Positions 1 through 9,199 are shown, counted from the first letter of the stretch. The stretch is 64,000 nucleotides of DNA from an uncultured Gemmatimonadaceae bacterium (GCA_964598655.1 CAZRCT010000012.1:101-64100), one strand, 5' to 3'. Numbers and translations are program-made. Notes: generated from the letters alone by a model not told the origin.

Positions 1-285
1 GGGGAAGACGTACTGGAAGCCGAAGATGTCCTGCACCGCCTGCTCGAAGCGGTAGAACGACGGGCTCCCGGCGTACGACTCGTCCCCCCGCATCATCCCC
101 GCCCACTGCTCCGAGCTCATCGCCGAGGTGCCGCTGTCGGTGAGGAGGTCGATCAGCACGTCGTCCGACTTGAGCAGGAACACGTTGTACGCTGCCTCAC
201 GGAGGCGCGCCTCGCGCTCCGCGGGGGTGGTCAGGTGGATCGGTTCGACCGACTTGATGCGGAACGGCTCGATGATCGTCTTCAT
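1..285 (-). CDS. beta-eliminating lyase family enzyme (tryptophanase / tyrosine phenol-lyase-like), 5' part only; gene runs past the window start
   Basis: Absent from ORF track (no stop inside window). Minus-strand translation from ATG (complement of 283-285) reads [20 protein letters not shown]...[36 protein letters not shown], the conserved N-terminus of TnaA/TPL-type PLP lyases; G/C-rich third positions. Confidence 0.75.
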   Translation of the reverse strand, partial: MKTIIEPFRIKSVEPIHLTTPAEREARLREAAYNVFLLKSDDVLIDLLTDSGTSAMSSEQWAGMMRGDESYAGSPSFYRFEQAVQDIFGFQYVFP

Positions 286-369
286 GGCCCCGCGCTGGCT
301 GGCGGTGATGGGGTGACACTGGCGGCGGGGAATATGGGCGCGGGGCCGGTTATTCTCCATGCGCATCCC

Positions 370-1611
370 ATGCCCGACTCCCCGACCCTCGCCATCCTCG
401 GCGCCGGTGCCGCCGGCCTCATGGCCGCCTGCACCGCGGCGCGCGCCGGCGCGCGCGTGGTGGTCCTCGAGGGCACCGCCGACGGCGGCCGGAAGATCCT
501 GATCAGTGGCGGCGGCCGCTGCAACGTCCTGCCGGCGCGTCTGGCCCCGGAGCGCTTCACCAGCGACTCCTCGCCCCACCTCGTGAAGCGGCTCCTCACC
601 AGCTGGCCGCTCGACGCCCAGCGCCGCTTCTTCGAGGACGACCTCGGCCTCCCCCTGGCCCTCGAGGCGGAGACCGGGAAGCTCTTCCCGAGGAGCAACC
701 GCGCCCGTGACGTGCGCGATGCCCTCGTGGATGCCGCCCGCGCCCGCGGCGCGGACCTCCGCTTCGGGACGCGGGTCACGGCCGTGGAACCCGGGGCCGG
801 CGGCTTCACGCTCAGCACGGCGGGCGGCACCTCGCTCGTGGCCGGGGGGGTGATCGTCACCACGGGCGGCCTCTCGGTGCCGGCCACCGGCAGCGACGGC
901 TTCGGCCTCGCCCTGGCGCGGCGCCTCGGCCACACGGTCCACGCCACCTACCCCGCGCTCACCCCGCTCACCGCCGACCCGCCCCGGCACGCCGCGCTCG
1001 CCGGCGTGTCGCTCACGGTGACGCTCCGGGCCCCGGGGCAGAAGGGCGCCGAGGCCACGGGTGGGTTCCTCTTCACACACCGCGGCTACAGCGGACCCGC
1101 CGTGCTCGACCTGTCGCACCACGCCGTCCGGAGCCGGCTCGCCGGCGGGGAGCGCCAGCCGCTCCTGGCGCAGTGGGGCGCGCTCGATGACGAGGCGTGG
1201 GAGGCCCTGCTGCAGCAGCGCAGCGCGGCCGGCGTCCTGGGCCTCCTCCGCGACCGGCTCCCCGCCCGCCTGGCGGAACGGTTGCTGGAGGAAGCGGGCG
1301 TGGCGCCGGACCGGCAGCTGGCCCAGCTCCGGCGCGAGGAGCGGCGGGCGCTGGTGGAGCGCCTCACCCGCTATCCGCTGCCGTGGACCGGCGACGAGGG
1401 CTACAAGAAGGCGGAGGTGACGGGCGGGGGGGTGGCGCTGGCCGAGCTGGAGCCGGCCACGCTCGAGAGCCGGAGGGTCCCCGGCCTCTACTTCGCGGGG
1501 GAGGTGCTCGACGCCTTCGGCCCGATCGGGGGGCACAACTTTGCGTGGGCGTGGGCCACCGGGCGGCTGGCCGGCCTCGGGGCCGCCAAGCGAACGGGGC
1601 GGGCCGACTAG
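370..1611 (+). CDS. HI0933/YhiN/BaiN-like NAD(P)/FAD-dependent oxidoreductase
   Basis: ORF 235..1611; start moved to ATG 370 just before dinucleotide-binding motif [12 protein letters not shown]; SGGGRCNV and C-terminal [20 protein letters not shown] motifs typical of the family. Confidence 0.85.
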   Translation: MPDSPTLAILGAGAAGLMAACTAARAGARVVVLEGTADGGRKILISGGGRCNVLPARLAPERFTSDSSPHLVKRLLTSWPLDAQRRFFEDDLGLPLALEAETGKLFPRSNRARDVRDALVDAARARGADLRFGTRVTAVEPGAGGFTLSTAGGTSLVAGGVIVTTGGLSVPATGSDGFGLALARRLGHTVHATYPALTPLTADPPRHAALAGVSLTVTLRAPGQKGAEATGGFLFTHRGYSGPAVLDLSHHAVRSRLAGGERQPLLAQWGALDDEAWEALLQQRSAAGVLGLLRDRLPARLAERLLEEAGVAPDRQLAQLRREERRALVERLTRYPLPWTGDEGYKKAEVTGGGVALAELEPATLESRRVPGLYFAGEVLDAFGPIGGHNFAWAWATGRLAGLGAAKRTGRAD

Positions 1612-1620
1612 GCCCGCCCC
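1596..1620. terminator. GC hairpin between convergent genes (putative bidirectional terminator)
   Basis: GGGGCGGGCC-gacta-GGCCCGCCCC, 10-bp perfect stem overlapping the TAG stop at 1609-1611; lies between + gene end 1611 and - gene end 1652. Confidence 0.5.
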
Positions 1621-1651
1621 GTCCCGTCAGGTGCGCCGGAGCGCGCCGGAC

Positions 1652-2209
1652 TTACTTGCCGAGGCCGAACGTCACCCCGACGGTCACCGGGATGAAGTTG
1701 GTCTTGCTGCCGCTGGTGCTGACGCTGAGGTAGCGGCTCTCCACGAAGAACCCGCCGTCGCTGCCGAGCGGGAACTTGAGGCCGGCGCCGCCGCCGAAGC
1801 CGATCTTCGACTCGCTGTCATCGCCCAGGTCGCTCTCGACCTTGGCGTTGAAGTAGCCGATGCTGCCGAGCACGTACGGGGTGATCGAGCCGGCCGTCTT
1901 GAAGCTGTAGGTCACGCTGCCGATGCCGGCGGCCATCTTGACCTTGCCGTCACCCACCACCGCGCTCACGTCGTCCTTGAACTTGTTCTGCGAGTAGAAG
2001 AACTCACCCCGGAAGCCGAGACCCGAGGGGAGGCTGTAGCCCACCAGCGCGCTCCCATGGAAGCCGAGCTTGGAGAGATCCTTGAAGTCGCCGAGCGGCT
2101 GCACGATGCCGCCGCCGACACCGACCGAGAGGGACTGGGCCTGGGCCGAGGTGGCGCCAATGACGAGGGCGAGACCGGCGGCCGCGAGAACGGAAGTCAC
2201 ACGCTTCAT
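1652..2209 (-). CDS. outer-membrane beta-barrel protein (OmpA-like/OmpW-like small porin family), paralogue 1
   Basis: ORF 1652..2215, start at MKR (ATG 2209) preceded by AGGAG; signal peptide ...GATSAQAQ; alternating Gly/aromatic beta-strand pattern; C-terminal ...VGVTFGLGK. Confidence 0.8.
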   Translation of the reverse strand: MKRVTSVLAAAGLALVIGATSAQAQSLSVGVGGGIVQPLGDFKDLSKLGFHGSALVGYSLPSGLGFRGEFFYSQNKFKDDVSAVVGDGKVKMAAGIGSVTYSFKTAGSITPYVLGSIGYFNAKVESDLGDDSESKIGFGGGAGLKFPLGSDGGFFVESRYLSVSTSGSKTNFIPVTVGVTFGLGK

Positions 2210-2275
2210 AACCACTCCTGTTGGGTTTCGTCCGGGGGTCCGGGGGCAGGTGCGCCCCCTGTTCCGGATCGCGGC

Positions 2276-2281
2276 AATATA
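2276..2281 (-). promoter_or_regulatory. putative -10-like box (TATATT on minus strand) for OMP paralogue 1
   Basis: TATATTGCCGCGATCCGGAAC aligns with TATTGTGGCAATCCGGGAC at the same distance upstream of paralogue 2; no experimental promoter model for this lineage, so weak. Confidence 0.3.
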
Positions 2282-2423
2282 CGTCGGGAATGCCGAAAAG
2301 AGTCAGGAGCGGGGTGCGCTGGTGCGAGTGGCGTCAGTGTCGCCATCGGTCGGAAAATGGTGACGATAGTTTCTGTTTAAGTCATTGCAGATAAACTACT
2401 TATGGCAATATGACACAACGAAG

Positions 2424-2450
2424 CAGGGCGGGCCGTCGTGGCCCGCCCTG
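2424..2450 (-). terminator. intrinsic terminator-like hairpin after OMP paralogue 2
   Basis: CAGGGCGGGCC-gtcg(t)-GGCCCGCCCTG stem directly downstream (minus strand) of stop at 2480, followed on the minus strand by CTTCGTTGTG. Confidence 0.5.
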
Positions 2451-2479
2451 TCCGGTTTTCAGTCGCCGTGCGGCAGCTG

Positions 2480-3019
2480 TTACTTGCCGAGCGGGAACGC
2501 GATCGCCGCGGTGATCGGGATCAGGTTGGTCTTGTCGCCGTCGCTCTGGATGGAGATATAGCGCGCCTCGATGGCGATCTTGGCCTTGCCGCCCGTGCTG
2601 ATCAGGATGCCCGCACCGCCGCCGAAGCCGATGTCGCTCTCGTCGTAGGTGTCCTCGAACTTGACGTTGAAGTAGCCGAGCGAGCCGATCACGTACGGGG
2701 TGATGCTCTTGCTGCCCTTGAACATGTACGACACGTTGGCGACGCCGGTGAGCAGCTTGAAGGTGCCGTCCACGCCCGCGTCCTTGTCACCCGGCACCCG
2801 GGCATAGATCGCGTCGGCCCGGAAACCCAGGTTCGATGGCAGGATGTACCAGGCCATCGCGGCGCCATGGTACCCGATTTTCGCCGCATCGTTCAGGTTG
2901 CCCTGAGGGAGCACCGCACCACCGCCGACGCCGACGAAGAGGGTCTGGGCCTGGACCGCGCTGGCACCCACGACGAGGGCAAGCGCGGTCGCCGCGAGAA
3001 CGGAAGTCAAACGCTTCAT
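2480..3019 (-). CDS. outer-membrane beta-barrel protein, paralogue 2
   Basis: ORF 2480..3136, start moved to MKRLTSVLAAT (ATG 3019) with the same AGGAG spacing as paralogue 1; signal peptide ...GASAVQAQ; alignable with paralogue 1 along whole length (…ITPYV(L/I)GS(I/L)GYFN(A/V)K…FGGGAG…). Confidence 0.8.
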   Translation of the reverse strand: MKRLTSVLAATALALVVGASAVQAQTLFVGVGGGAVLPQGNLNDAAKIGYHGAAMAWYILPSNLGFRADAIYARVPGDKDAGVDGTFKLLTGVANVSYMFKGSKSITPYVIGSLGYFNVKFEDTYDESDIGFGGGAGILISTGGKAKIAIEARYISIQSDGDKTNLIPITAAIAFPLGK

Positions 3020-3081
3020 AACGACTCCTGTTGGGATAGCTCCGGAGGGTGACCGAACGGGGCGTCCGGTCCCGGATTGCC

Positions 3082-3087
3082 ACAATA
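3082..3087 (-). promoter_or_regulatory. putative -10-like box (TATTGT on minus strand) for OMP paralogue 2
   Basis: Conserved with the box upstream of paralogue 1 (see 2276-2281). Confidence 0.3.
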
Positions 3088-3284
3088 CTGGGCAGGGAGT
3101 CCTGAAGCGTTCAGGAACCGCGTTCCCAGAACCCATAAAGGAGTTGCAGGCTCGGGATCCAGCCCGCTTCTCGGCGTCTGTTCGGGTGTGCGGAGGCGGC
3201 GGACGGGGGCTGGGGGTGCTGGGGTCGTTGCGGGGATCGGGGCCGTGCCGGGGGTGGAACGGGCCGGGAGCGAATCCCGCGCGG

Positions 3285-4232
3285 CTACTGGACCCGGGCG
3301 ACCAGGCGCTTGAGCGAGTCCTGCGAGACCCGGGCGGAGAGTGCCAGCCGGTAGCCCGACTCGTCGAGCCACACCGCGGTGTTGATGCCGCCGGGGCCGC
3401 TGCGGTAGACGGTCTCGCCGCTTTCCAGGGCGGGATCGTCGATGGGGCGGAAGCCGCTCGCGTCGATGGGGATGAGCTGCTGGTCGAGGGTCAGCCGGCC
3501 CCCGTCACCCGCGCGATAGACCACGCGCACCACGTCGAGGTTCTTCTGGGCCCCGGGGACCGCGGTGGGGGGACCCACTTCATAGTGCTCGGGTTCGAGG
3601 CCGGCCACGCCGCGCACCGCGCCCTGGAGCCGGCGGGCGGCGTCGGCCCGCTGCACCTTCACGAAACCGCGCGAGACGGGGAGCGGCGGCGCCTCCGGGG
3701 TCGGGGTGGCCGAGGCGTCGAGGGCCTGACGCTCCGAGCGCGTCAGCGAGCTCTCGTGCGGGAGGAGGGCGGCCTCGGGCAGGGTGTCGCGGGTGCCCGT
3801 GGTGGGCCGGGGCGGGAGCGGGGCGCCGAGGCCGCCCGCGCCCGTGTCGGGTCCGCTGAGGTAGGAGAAGCCGCCAACCCGGTCGCGCGGGCTCTCGACG
3901 TTGCCGAGGCGGCTCAACCCGTAGCCCACCACCACCGCGAGGACCACCGCCACGCCCCACAGGATGTTGGCCAGGTCGAGGAAATTCCTGCGCCGCTCCT
4001 CGGTGGGCGGGACCAGGACGATGCCGCCCGGGGTGGCCGCGGTGGTGGGCGCGGCATTCTGGGCCAGCGAGGGGAAGTGCTGGTCCACCTCGGTGAAGTT
4101 GTCCCGCCACTCCTCGAGCCGCCGGGCGCAGGCCCGGCACTCGTCGACGTGCCGACGGATCCGGTCCACCTCGATGGTGGAGGCGGACCCGCTGACCAGG
4201 CGCTCGAGGGTGCGGTCGTTCAGGTGGAACAT
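3285..4232 (-). CDS. zf-HC2 anti-sigma-factor-like membrane protein (second, paralogous copy)
   Basis: N-terminal HVDECRACARRL (H-x3-C-x2-C) motif, one TM helix (ILWGVAVVLAVVVGYGL), C-terminal domain alignable with that of the upstream anti-sigma (…VVRVVYRAGDGGRLTLDQQ… / …LALSARVSQDSLKRLVARVQ). Confidence 0.7.
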   Translation of the reverse strand: MFHLNDRTLERLVSGSASTIEVDRIRRHVDECRACARRLEEWRDNFTEVDQHFPSLAQNAAPTTAATPGGIVLVPPTEERRRNFLDLANILWGVAVVLAVVVGYGLSRLGNVESPRDRVGGFSYLSGPDTGAGGLGAPLPPRPTTGTRDTLPEAALLPHESSLTRSERQALDASATPTPEAPPLPVSRGFVKVQRADAARRLQGAVRGVAGLEPEHYEVGPPTAVPGAQKNLDVVRVVYRAGDGGRLTLDQQLIPIDASGFRPIDDPALESGETVYRSGPGGINTAVWLDESGYRLALSARVSQDSLKRLVARVQ

Positions 4233-4260
4233 GCCGAGAATCTAGCCCCAGCGGCCCGCC

Positions 4261-5409
4261 TCAGCGCACCCGCCGCGCCAGGGCCTTCAGGGAATCGCCT
4301 GAGAGCCAGCCGGCGAGGGAGAGGTGGAAGCCCTCGGGGTCCCGCCAGCGCAGGCGGCGCTGGCCGTCCGCCAGCGCACTTAGCAAGGTATCGCCGGGCA
4401 GAAGGGTGGGGCGGGTCCGCGCGCCAGCCTCCGGCTCGGCCGGCCGCGGGCGCTGCTGGTCGAGCCAGAGCTCCCGTCCCGGCGGGTCGAGGTACACGAT
4501 ACGGACCACCACCGCGTCCGGTTCTGCACCGGGAACGCCCTGGCCGGGGACCGTCCGGACCGCGACGGGCGTCATCCCATCCACCAGGCGAATGCTTCCG
4601 CCCAGCAGCCGGACCGCCTGCTCCATGCTGACGGCCTGGACGGGGGAGACCGCCGCATCCTCGATGGCGTCGAGGCGCTGCTTGGACGTCACCTCGTCCC
4701 GCGGGGCGAGCGGGGCCTCTGCGGTGGTCATCGCCCGGCTGGCACCGGCGGCGGCCGGCGTCCGTTCACGGCGCGCCTCCAGCGCGTTGCCCGTGGCGAG
4801 GCTGCCGGCCGACTGCTCCGCATCCCGGCGCGGCGCGGCGAGCGCCGCCGGTGGCGCGGGGGCGGATGCGGGGGCGGGCTGGAGCTGTCGCATTGCTGGA
4901 GCCGCCGCGGTCGCCGGTGCCTCGGCAGGCCGCGTTGCCGAGGGGGAGGCCGCGGGGCGGTCATGCGTCGCGGCTTCGGGAAGCGCGGCCGGTGGTGCCG
5001 CCGGTGGCATGGCCTCATGCGCGCTGTCGGTCACATCCGCCGCCTTGGCGCTCTCCAGGCTCGCCCCGCTCCGCTGATCCCCGGCGGGGGCCCCGTCCAC
5101 GTGGCCGAGGCGGGAATACCAGCCCAGGCTGGCCGCCAGGACGAGGGTGGCGGCCCAGGCCAGCGGGCGCCAGTGCTCCCAGGCTCGTGGAGGGCGCCGC
5201 GTGGGTCCCGGGAGCACCGGGGCCGGGCGGGCCGCCGGCTCCACTGTGGCCACCAGCCGGTCGGCCTCGCCGGCCAGGCCCTTCACCTCCTCGTAGAGCC
5301 GGCGGCACTCGGCGCAGGCCGCCAGGTGCCGCTCGGCCTCCGCGCGCTCCGCCGGCGTCAGCTCCCCGTCCAGCAGGAGCGTCAGGCGCCCTTCATCGAG
5401 ATGCGACAT
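4261..5409 (-). CDS. zf-HC2 anti-sigma factor
   Basis: Track ORF 4261..5871 runs on upstream in this frame, out of frame with and overlapping the sigma gene; real start MSHLDEGRL at ATG 5409 overlapping the sigma stop by 17 nt; HLAACAECRRL motif; TM helix (LAWAATLVLAASLGWY); Ala/Pro-rich linker; conserved C-terminal domain. Confidence 0.75.
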   Translation of the reverse strand: MSHLDEGRLTLLLDGELTPAERAEAERHLAACAECRRLYEEVKGLAGEADRLVATVEPAARPAPVLPGPTRRPPRAWEHWRPLAWAATLVLAASLGWYSRLGHVDGAPAGDQRSGASLESAKAADVTDSAHEAMPPAAPPAALPEAATHDRPAASPSATRPAEAPATAAAPAMRQLQPAPASAPAPPAALAAPRRDAEQSAGSLATGNALEARRERTPAAAGASRAMTTAEAPLAPRDEVTSKQRLDAIEDAAVSPVQAVSMEQAVRLLGGSIRLVDGMTPVAVRTVPGQGVPGAEPDAVVVRIVYLDPPGRELWLDQQRPRPAEPEAGARTRPTLLPGDTLLSALADGQRRLRWRDPEGFHLSLAGWLSGDSLKALARRVR

Positions 5410-5899
5410 CGCGATCCGTCTCCTGCGCGCGCACGGCCTCGACCAGCCGGCGCCGCGCGCGTGCGATGGTGGTGCCGATCGCGCCCTTGGCGAGACCGGT
5501 GGCGGCCGAGATCTCGTCGTAGTCAAAGCCCTCCGCCTTGAGCAGGAGGACCTCGCGATCGAGGTCGCGGAGCCCCGCGAGCGCGGCCTGCACCTTCTTC
5601 GCGGTGTCGGCGCGCTCGTAGTCGGTGTCGGCCGCGGGGGCGGTGGTGGTGGACTCGCCCTTGAGGAGCTGGAGCCGGCGGCCCTGGCGCACGGCACGGC
5701 GGCCGTCATCGCGCACCAGGTTGAGCGCCACGGCGAACAGCCAGGGGCGCGGGTTGTCCGGCGGCGCCTCCACCGCCCGGGCGAACGTCTCGGCGGCGAG
5801 GTCTTCGGCGCGGTCCTGGTCGCCGGTGCGGCGGTAGAGCATCCGCAGCAGCGGCTGCCAGTACCGGGCAAACAGCTCCTCCGGCGGGACGGGCGGCAT
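5393..5899 (-). CDS. ECF (sigma-70 family, group 4) RNA polymerase sigma factor
   Basis: 168 aa; region 2 (…RAEDLAAETFARA…PWLFAVALNLVRD) and region 4 HTH (…REVLLLKAEGFDYDEISAATGLAKGAIGTTIARARRRL). Confidence 0.9.
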   Translation of the reverse strand: MPPVPPEELFARYWQPLLRMLYRRTGDQDRAEDLAAETFARAVEAPPDNPRPWLFAVALNLVRDDGRRAVRQGRRLQLLKGESTTTAPAADTDYERADTAKKVQAALAGLRDLDREVLLLKAEGFDYDEISAATGLAKGAIGTTIARARRRLVEAVRAQETDRDVASR

Positions 5900-5934
5900 G
5901 GGTCAGCCGACCCGGAGGGCCATGGAGCTGGCGG

Positions 5935-6369
5935 TCATCCGCACAGCACCTGGCGCTCCACCAGCGGCGCCGAGAAGCTGCCGGCGCGGTGGGTGCCGTC
6001 GGGGAAGGTGAGGCTGTAGCGGCCGGTGAGGGGCCCCGGGGCCGCCTCGAAGCGAATCCAGCCGCTGGTGGCGGCGGTGCAGTCGCCACCGACACAGTAG
6101 GTGGCGCTGCCGCCGTCGCTGCCCGAGGCCGCCACCGCGAAGGTATGGCCTCCCACCGCGGCCGGTCCCTGCCAGGCAGAGAGCCGAAGCGCGGGCGTGG
6201 CGGCGGAGGGCGGGCCGGCGGTGTTGGTGAGGGTCAGCAGGGTGGCGGCGCCATCCCAGGGGGCGCAGGATGGCTCGGCCACGGCAAAGGCCCAGGTCTC
6301 GGTCGGGTCCTCCCCCGCCGGCCCGCTTGCGCAGGCCAGCAGGGCGAGGAGCATCCAGGCGTGGCGCAT
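5935..6369 (-). CDS. hypothetical lipoprotein
   Basis: MRHAWMLLALLACASG lipobox; start shares one base with the stop of the upstream vWA gene (TGATG), implying translational coupling. Confidence 0.65.
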   Translation of the reverse strand: MRHAWMLLALLACASGPAGEDPTETWAFAVAEPSCAPWDGAATLLTLTNTAGPPSAATPALRLSAWQGPAAVGGHTFAVAASGSDGGSATYCVGGDCTAATSGWIRFEAAPGPLTGRYSLTFPDGTHRAGSFSAPLVERQVLCG

Positions 6370-8552
6370 CAGTTCCCTCCCCGGAAGTCGCGGACGAAGG
6401 CGCGGAGCTCGGTCTCGGTCAGCGTGGCGCGGCCCGTCGGCCCCACCGCGAGGCTGGCGCGGCGGCCGGCCACGAGCGCCTGGTCCGCCACGGCGAGTGC
6501 CTCACGCAACTCCGGCAGGGCACGGGTCACCGCGAAGTACGCGGCGCTGAACGGGGCCACGGTGACGACCCGGAGGCTATCGGCATGCGCCACGTCCGTC
6601 CAGACGTCGCCCTGGCGGCGGAAGATGCGGCCGCCCGCGCGGCGGACCTCGGTGCCGCCGCCGGCCAGGCGGCGTTCGGCCAGCGCGTCGGCCTCGGCGA
6701 GGTTGGTGGCCTTGGCCATCTGGCCGCTGGCCTGGGCCTGCTCCACGGCGGCGCGGCCGGTCTGGGCTGCCGGCGGCGGCGCACTCATCGGCATGGCGTC
6801 GAGCCGCTGCCTCGAGGCGACTTCATCGCGGGGGACGCCACCGCCGGCGGCCAGCTGCGGCTCCTGCACCAGGTACGAGGTGTACTCGGTCAGGATCCCG
6901 TAGCGCAGGCCCAGCTCGCGCACCTCGCGGATGAGCGACTCGCTGGCGCCCTCGAGGCGGATCTGGCGCGAGAGGTCGCCCACCCGGCGCGAGGCCCAGA
7001 GTCGCGGGATGAAGTCGTTGTCGTTCTCCTGCGCTGGGAAGGTGGCCTCGGCCACGAAGCGCTCGCGGCGGCCGTTCCGCTCCCCCTCGAACACCACGGC
7101 GCCGCTGCCGCTCCCCTGGTAGCGGCCGAAGAGCACCAGCTCCTCGCCGAAGAAGAGGTCGGGGAGGCGACCCGGAGTGAGGTCGCGGAAGCGCACCGGG
7201 CTCGAGACCAGCCGCAGGTTGACGAGCGCCGGGTGCCGCAGCTTGCCCATGAGGCGGCCCACGGCGTCCTCGACGCTGGCGTCGGGCGCCACGTAGTCGG
7301 AGGTGCCGCGGCCTTCCTTGGCGAGGCGGTCGAGCAGGTAGGTATTGACGTCGTGGCCGAGGCCGAAGGTGAAGACCCGGCTCCGCCCGCCCCGGGCCGC
7401 GGCCATCGCGGCGATCTGCTCGGGCTGCTGCTCGCCCACGGAGGGGATGCCGTCGGTCAGGAAGATGACGAGCGGCAGGCGGTCCTCGGCCACCGTGGCG
7501 GCGAGGGCGGCCTCGAGCGCGCCGCTGATGTTGGTCCCGCCGTCGGCGGTGAGCGCCTCGACGAACTCGCGCGCGGCCTGGCGGTTGGCCGCCGTGGCGG
7601 GGGTGAACCCCTCGCGGAAGCGCCGCACGCCGCTGCTGAAGGCGATCAGCTGGAAGCGGTCCGCGGGGCCGAGGGTCTCGAGCGCCTGACGGAGCGCCGC
7701 CTGCGCCTGCGCCAGCTTGCTGCCCGACATGGAACCGGAGACGTCCACCACGAACGACACGTCGCGCGGCACCGCCGCGCCCGTCTCCCCGGCGGCGGGC
7801 GCGAGCAGGAGCATCACGTACCCGTCCTCGCCGCCTGGCGCGTGCGCCAGCGCCGTCGTGCCGACGAGCCCGCGGCGGAGCGGCAGGAACAGCTCCACGT
7901 CCCCGCCGCGCGCGGGATCGAGGGAGACCTGCAGGCGGCCGCCGCTCCGGTCCGCCGTGAGCGCGTGCGTGGGTGAATAGGGACTCCCGAAGCCGGTCTC
8001 GCCCGCCGCCGTGAGGCGCCAGGACCCGGCGGTGCCGCCGCGCTGACCCAGGGCGTAGCGGATGCGGACGGCGTCGCCGCTGCGCTCCAGGAGCTGGGTG
8101 TACCGGAGCACGACCTTGCGGGTCTCGCCCGGCTGGATGGGGAAGACCTGCGCCCGCACCAGGCCGTGGCCGGCAAGGGTGAGGAGCGCGGGGTCGCGCT
8201 GGCGGCGCACGATCTCCTCGTAGATGCCGCGCGCCTGCTCGGCCGTGAGCATCTCGCCCTTCATTTCCTGCTCGCCCATCCAGAGGGAGAAGTTCTGGAA
8301 GACGGCCTCGCCGGGGAGCGGGTAGAGATAGCTGCCCTCGGCCACGCGGCCGCCGTCGTTCCGGAAGCGTTCCTCCACCTCGACCCGCGCGATGCGGGCG
8401 TCGACGGTGACCCGTACGTCGGAGCCGACGCGGGTGATGGAGCCTTGGATTGGGGGTTGGGTGGGACGGCGTTCCACTTCGATCCAGCCCTGCGCGGCGG
8501 CAGGCGTGGCGGTGAGCGCAAGCGCAAGCGCGCCAAGGACGTATCGGTGCAT
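6369..8552 (-). CDS. secreted VIT domain + von Willebrand factor A (vWA) domain protein
   Basis: ORF 6369..8627, start moved to MHRYVLGALALAL (ATG 8552, signal peptide ...TPAAAQG); VIT-like N-terminus (…VEERFRNDGGRVAEGSYLYPLPGEAVFQNFSLWMG…); vWA MIDAS DVSGSMSG…, …TDGIPSVG. Confidence 0.85.
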   Translation of the reverse strand: MHRYVLGALALALTATPAAAQGWIEVERRPTQPPIQGSITRVGSDVRVTVDARIARVEVEERFRNDGGRVAEGSYLYPLPGEAVFQNFSLWMGEQEMKGEMLTAEQARGIYEEIVRRQRDPALLTLAGHGLVRAQVFPIQPGETRKVVLRYTQLLERSGDAVRIRYALGQRGGTAGSWRLTAAGETGFGSPYSPTHALTADRSGGRLQVSLDPARGGDVELFLPLRRGLVGTTALAHAPGGEDGYVMLLLAPAAGETGAAVPRDVSFVVDVSGSMSGSKLAQAQAALRQALETLGPADRFQLIAFSSGVRRFREGFTPATAANRQAAREFVEALTADGGTNISGALEAALAATVAEDRLPLVIFLTDGIPSVGEQQPEQIAAMAAARGGRSRVFTFGLGHDVNTYLLDRLAKEGRGTSDYVAPDASVEDAVGRLMGKLRHPALVNLRLVSSPVRFRDLTPGRLPDLFFGEELVLFGRYQGSGSGAVVFEGERNGRRERFVAEATFPAQENDNDFIPRLWASRRVGDLSRQIRLEGASESLIREVRELGLRYGILTEYTSYLVQEPQLAAGGGVPRDEVASRQRLDAMPMSAPPPAAQTGRAAVEQAQASGQMAKATNLAEADALAERRLAGGGTEVRRAGGRIFRRQGDVWTDVAHADSLRVVTVAPFSAAYFAVTRALPELREALAVADQALVAGRRASLAVGPTGRATLTETELRAFVRDFRGGN

Positions 8553-8689
8553 GGGTTCCCTCTCGGGCGGTGTCAGGACGGCGAGGGGATGCGCCTGGGG
8601 GAGTGGCTTGCACACCAGGCCCGGCACGCGGCCCTGCCCGGGCGGCGAGTCCGATGGATCGCGTGACGCGCGTCGGGTATCTTGGGCGC

Positions 8690-9199
8690 ATGCCGATGAT
8701 CACCGTCACACGGACGTACCTGGAGATGAACTCGCCGGCGGAGTTGCGGCCGGCGGGGGAGGCGCGGGCGGGGGTGCGCCTGGAGGAAGTGCGGAACTGC
8801 CCGTGGCACTTCTATCGCTACCTCTACGTGGAGGTGGGGCGGCTGTACCACTGGAAGGACCGGCTGCCCTGGACGGAACAGCAGTTCCGCGACTGGCTGG
8901 CGGGGCCGAGCCGGCTCTGGCTGCTCACGGTGGACGGCGCGCCGGCCGGGTTCTTCGAGTTGCGCGGGCCGGTGGACGGCGGCGTGGAGATCGCCTACTT
9001 CGGGGTGTTGCCGGAGTACCAGGGCGCGGGGCTCGGGAAGTGGCTGCTGACGCGCAGCATCGAGGAGGCGTGGGCCATGCGGCCGGCGCGGGTGTGGCTC
9101 CACACCTGCACGCTCGACCATCCGGGCGCGCTGCCTAACTACCTCAAGCGGGGCTTCCGGGCCACGGGAACGGAGCAGTATGAGACGGCCATCCCGTAG
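8690..9199 (+). CDS. GNAT family N-acetyltransferase
   Basis: ORF 8570..9199, start at MPMITV (ATG 8690); acetyl-CoA motif …FGVLPEYQGAGLGKWLL…. Confidence 0.8.
   Translation: MPMITVTRTYLEMNSPAELRPAGEARAGVRLEEVRNCPWHFYRYLYVEVGRLYHWKDRLPWTEQQFRDWLAGPSRLWLLTVDGAPAGFFELRGPVDGGVEIAYFGVLPEYQGAGLGKWLLTRSIEEAWAMRPARVWLHTCTLDHPGALPNYLKRGFRATGTEQYETAIP

Noticed and set aside
5410-5871. Apparent N-terminal extension of the anti-sigma ORF 4261..5871
   Set aside because: The extension is the ECF sigma gene read in another frame. The sigma reading frame (5393..5899) shows regions 2 and 4, and the anti-sigma begins at MSHLDEG with the usual short overlap.
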